From: the human T2T-CHM13v2.0 reference genome, Homo sapiens | Assembly (NCBI RefSeq): GCF_009914755.1 | Contig: NC_060926.1 | Strand: one strand, 5' to 3' | DNA length: 64,000 nucleotides | In this document: piece by piece, positions 60,041 to 64,000 of the stretch | Layout: every line of letters begins with the position of its first letter | Position numbering within the stretch: position 1 is the stretch's first letter | Notes under the pieces: model-generated | The model's input: only the letters and a program-made list of their open reading frames with translations | Told to the model about the DNA's origin: nothing | Database searches by the model: none | Translations under genes and position numbers: made by a program

Positions 60041-60589
60041 TGCATTAGTCAGTGTCCTCTAGAGGGAGAGAACTAACAGGATAGATGCATATATGACGGG
60101 GAGTTGATTAAGGAGTATTGACTCACACAGTCACAAAGTTAAGTTCCACAATAGGCCGTCTGCAAGCTGAGGAGCAAGGAAGCCAGTTCGAGTCCCAAAA
60201 TCTCAAAAGTAGAAAAGCCAACAGTGCAGCCTTCGGTCTGTAGCCAAAGGCCCAAGAGCCCCTGGCAAACCACTGGTGCAAGTCCAAGAGTCCAAAAGAT
60301 TAAGAGCTTGGAGTCTGACGTTTGAGGGCAGGAAGCATCCAGCATGGGAGAAAGATGAAGGCCGAAACACTCAGCAAGTCTGCTCTTCCATCTTCTCCTG
60401 CCTGCTTTATTTTGGGCACACTGGCAGCTGATTAGATGGTGCTCACCCAGATTGAGGGTGGGTCTGCCTCTCCCAGTCCATTGACTCAAATGTTAATCTC
60501 CTTTGGCAACATCCTCACAGACATACCCAGGGTCGGTACTTTGCATGTTTTAATCCAATCTAGTTGACACTCAACATTTAACCATCATA
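60041..60589 (-). mobile_element. MLT2A2/MLT2B-like 3' LTR of a HERV-L provirus
   Basis: Reverse-complement homologue of 49020-49573; adjoined by a PPT-like sequence (reverse complement AAGGGGTGAACT) and internal ERV-L sequence. Confidence 0.92.
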
Positions 60590-61869
60590 AGTTCACCCCT
60601 TGTCAACTTGAATCCATACACATCTCCTGAAATCATACATAATCTTCAGATAAAATAATAAGGTCATAATTACAGCTATCCCTCATACAACTGGAAGCAT
60701 AAAATTCTCACCCCAAATGCTATTACATAAAGTTAACAACACTTAGATGCTGATAAAAATCAATAAATCTTATGTCACATGATAAAGGACAAATAAAGGA
60801 AATAAAATGAAGATTTTTCTTAGTACAAGTGTATATATGCAGAAACACATTCTTAATAAAGAGGAAATACTCATGACAATTACAGTCATGTAGTTGCAGC
60901 TGGTATTGATGACTACCTTCTTTTACTACCCATTCTGTATTCCCTTTGCCTTCAGCAAGCACCTCAGCAATTCGTGGTTTTTTTACCTGATGGAGTGGCT
61001 TAAACCTTCATTCTTGAAGGGACTCGGCCATTTGTAGTCCTACCTGAATTGGGTTCTTGTAGTTTCCCATTGATCTTAATCACAGGGCATGGTAAAACTA
61101 GAAAATACCTTAAGGAATCTCCTGTATTTCATACATACTCTTCCTTACCTCCATTGTGGAGTAGTAGACTGATTTTGTCTTGATAATCTGGGTCAGTCAC
61201 TGCAGCCAACACTGTAACTCCCTTTTTAGCCTGTTGACTTAGAGGTAGGAGGAGCCCAAAGTGGCCAGGTGGCAATCTTAACTTTCAGTTTAATGGAATC
61301 GTTGTTGTGTCTCTTGGTGGCAGCATTCCTCCCTCTGCAACTAAGACCTCTAGGCCAGCATGATGTAATGTCATGGGAATAGGAAGCAAAATTTTTGCTA
61401 GTGGGTCACTAGGGGTGATGGTGAGTGGTGCCACTTTCACTTCCACACCTTGATTCCAGCATCCATGAATCCCGGCCATGGGAGAAACGGTACCATATAT
61501 TGGATGCAGATTCAGAATATATACGGCCTTCTGAATAACTTTGCCCTAGCCCTGCAAAGTATTGTCAAAAGGCCATTTCACCATTCTGTCAAACCAGCTG
61601 CTTCAGGATGATGGGGAGCATGGTAAGATCAGTGAATTCCATGATCATCAGTCCTCTGCTGCACTTGTTTAGCCATAAAGTGAGTGCCTTGGTCAGAGGC
61701 AATGCTATGTGGAATACTTTGATGGTCGATAAGGAATTCCATGAGTCCATGGATGGTAGTCTTGGCAGATATATTGCATGCAGGATAGGCAAACCTATAG
61801 CCAGAGTAAGTGTCTATTCTGTTGGAGACAAACTGGTGCCCTTTACATGATGGAACAGGTCCTATTTAC
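60590..61869 (-). pseudogene. HERV-L internal remnant: decayed integrase core and dUTPase region
   Basis: Manual minus-strand translation of ~61565-61865: IGPVPSCKGHQFVSNRIDTYSGYRFAYP...IPHSIASDQGTHF...HGIH*SYHAPHHPEAAGLTEW*NGLL (integrase core, two stops); ORF 61285-61479 (AGLEVLVAEGGMLPPRDTTTIPLN) resembles the start of the ERV-L dUTPase. Confidence 0.88.
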
Positions 61870-64000
61870 TATATTAGTTCATTCTCATGCTGCTATAAAG
61901 GACTGTCCCAGACTGGGTAATTTATAAAGGAAAGAGGTTTAATTGACTCACAGTTCCTCATGGCTGGGGAGGCCTCAGGAAACTTACAATCAAGGCAGAA
62001 GGAGAAGCAAACACATACTTCTTCACGTGATGGCAGGAAGGAGAAGTGCCAAGCAAAATGCGGAAAAGCCCCTTATACAACCATCAGATCTCATGAGAAC
62101 TCACTCACTATAATGAGAACAGCAGCATGGGGGTAACCAACCCCGTGATTCAATTACCTTCCACCAGGTCCCTCCCACAATATGTGCGGATTATGGGAAT
62201 TACAATTCAAGATGAGATTTGGGTGGGGACACAGCCAAGCCATATCATTCTGCCCATGGCCCCTCCCAAATCTCATATCCTCACATTTCAAAACACAGTC
62301 ATGCCTTCCCAACAGTCCCCAAAGTCTTAACTCATTCCAGCATTAACCTGAAAGTCCAAGTCCAATGTCTCATCTGAGACAAATTCCTTCTGCCTATGAG
62401 TCTGTAAAATAAAAAGCAAGTTAGTTACTTCCTAGATATAATGGGGGTCAGGCATTGGTTAAATACACCCATTAAAAATGGGGAAATTGGCTAAAATGAA
62501 GGGGCTACAGGCCTCATGCAAGTCCAAAATCCAGCAGGGCAGTCAAATCTTACAGCTCTGAAATAATCTCCTTTGACTCCATTTCTCACATCCAGGTCAA
62601 ACCTATGCAAGAGGTAGGCTCCTATAGCCTTGGGCAGCTCTGCCCCTGGGGCTTTATAGGGTTCAGCCCCACTACCAGCTTCCTTTATGGGCTGGCATTG
62701 AGGGTTTGTGGCTTTTCCAGGTACACAGTGTAAGCTGTCAGTTGATCTCACATTCTGGGGTCTGAAGGATGGTGGCCCTCTTCTCACAGCTCCACTAGGC
62801 AGTGCCCAAGTGGACACTGTGTGTGGGGGCTCCAACCCCATATTTTCCTTCCAGAGGTTCTCCATGAGGACCCTGCAGCAAACTTCTGTCTGGACATCCA
62901 AGTGTTTCTATACATCCTCTGAAATCTAGGTGGAGGTTCCCAAACTTCAGTTCTTGAATTCTGTGCACCTGCAGGCTCAACACCACATGGAAGCTGCCAA
63001 GCATGGGGCTTGCACCCTCTGAAGCCATGGCCAGAGGCGTATCTTGGCCCCTGTTAGCCATGGCTGAGATATAGGGCCCCAAGTCCCAAGACTGCAGAAA
63101 ACAGCAAGCCCCTGGGCTTGGCCCACAAAACCATCTTTTCCTACTAGGCCTCTGAGCCTGGGATTGGAGGGGCTGCCGTGAAGACCTCTGACATGCCCTG
63201 AAGATATTTTCCTCATTGTCTTGGTGATTAACATTTGGCTCCTTGTTACTTAAATTTCTGCAGCTGGCTTGAATTTCTCCTTAGAAAATGGGGTTTTCTT
63301 TTCTATCGCATCATCAAGCTGCAAATTTTCTGAAATTTCTTTCTCTGTTTTCCTTTTAAACATAAATTCTAATTTCAAACCATATCTTTGTGAATACATA
63401 AAACTGAATGCTTTTAACAGCACCCAAGTCATAACTTGGACGATTTGCTGCTTAGAAATTTCCTCTGCCAGATACCCTAAATCATCTCTCTTAAGTTCAA
63501 AGTTCCACAGATCTCTATGGCAGGGGAAAAATGCTGCCAGTCTCTTTGCTAAAACATAGCAAGAGACACTTTTATTCCATTTCCCAAAAAGTTCCTCATC
63601 TCCATCTGAGACCACCTCTGCCTGGACTTCATTACCCATATCACTATCAGCATTTTAGTCATATCTATTCAACAAATCTCTAGGAAATTCCAAACTTTGG
63701 CACATCTTTCTGTCCTCTTCTGAGCCCTCCAAACTGTTCCAACCTCTGCCTGTTACCCAGTTCCAAAGTCATTTCCACATGTTTGGGTATTTTTACAGCA
63801 GTGCCCACTACCCAGTACCAATTTACTGTATTATTCCATTTTCACACTGCTATAAAGGACTGCTGGAGACTGGGTAATTTATAAAGGAAAGAGGTTTAAT
63901 TGACTCACAGTTCCGCATGGCTGGGGAGGCCTCAGGAAACTTAACTATCATGGCAGAAGGGGAAGCAAGCACGTTCTTCTTCACATGATGGCAGGAAGGA
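61870..64000 (-). mobile_element. THE1D-like MaLR retrotransposon: 3' LTR 61870-62247, internal 62248-63826, 5' LTR from 63827 running off the window
   Basis: Two direct LTR copies (~90% identical over the 174 bp visible); ~1.6 kb internal region with MaLR ORF remnant 63250-63639 (VQAEVVSDGDEEL...RDLWNFEL..DDLGYLAEEISKQQ). Confidence 0.93.

Noticed and set aside
62491-63639. 136-aa and 129-aa ORFs as a possible domesticated gene
   Set aside because: Standard MaLR internal ORF remnants broken by stops and frameshifts; no sign of an intact reading frame.

Overview
Primate (human-like) nuclear DNA, AT-rich and apparently non-coding. I find no protein-coding exon, RNA gene, CRISPR array or CpG island, and all supplied ORFs are explained by microsatellites, decayed repeats or chance. 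Much of the window is decayed transposable elements: about 12 Alus (J, S, Y, one monomer), MIRs, L2, L1M/L1PA fragments, MaLR and ERV-L LTRs, hAT and Tc1/mariner MITEs, and at the right end a HERV-L remnant split by a THE1-type element. Subfamily names come from my memory of consensus sequences, and boundaries of old elements are approximate; RepeatMasker/Dfam should confirm them. The most notable structures are: (1) a ~420 bp pyrimidine tract with an uninterrupted (TTC)58, i.e. (GAA)58, at 1197-1370; (2) a ~330 bp L1M segment copied from 55170-55486 into the middle of a MER74-like LTR ~1.9 kb away, with junction signatures of templated double-strand-break repair; (3) a four-deep nest of transposons at 14.7-19.7 kb including a twin-primed, 5'-inverted L1; (4) half of a palindromic MER53 with a duplicated breakpoint. 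I do not see evidence for a novel biological system; the findings are local evolutionary or structural features.
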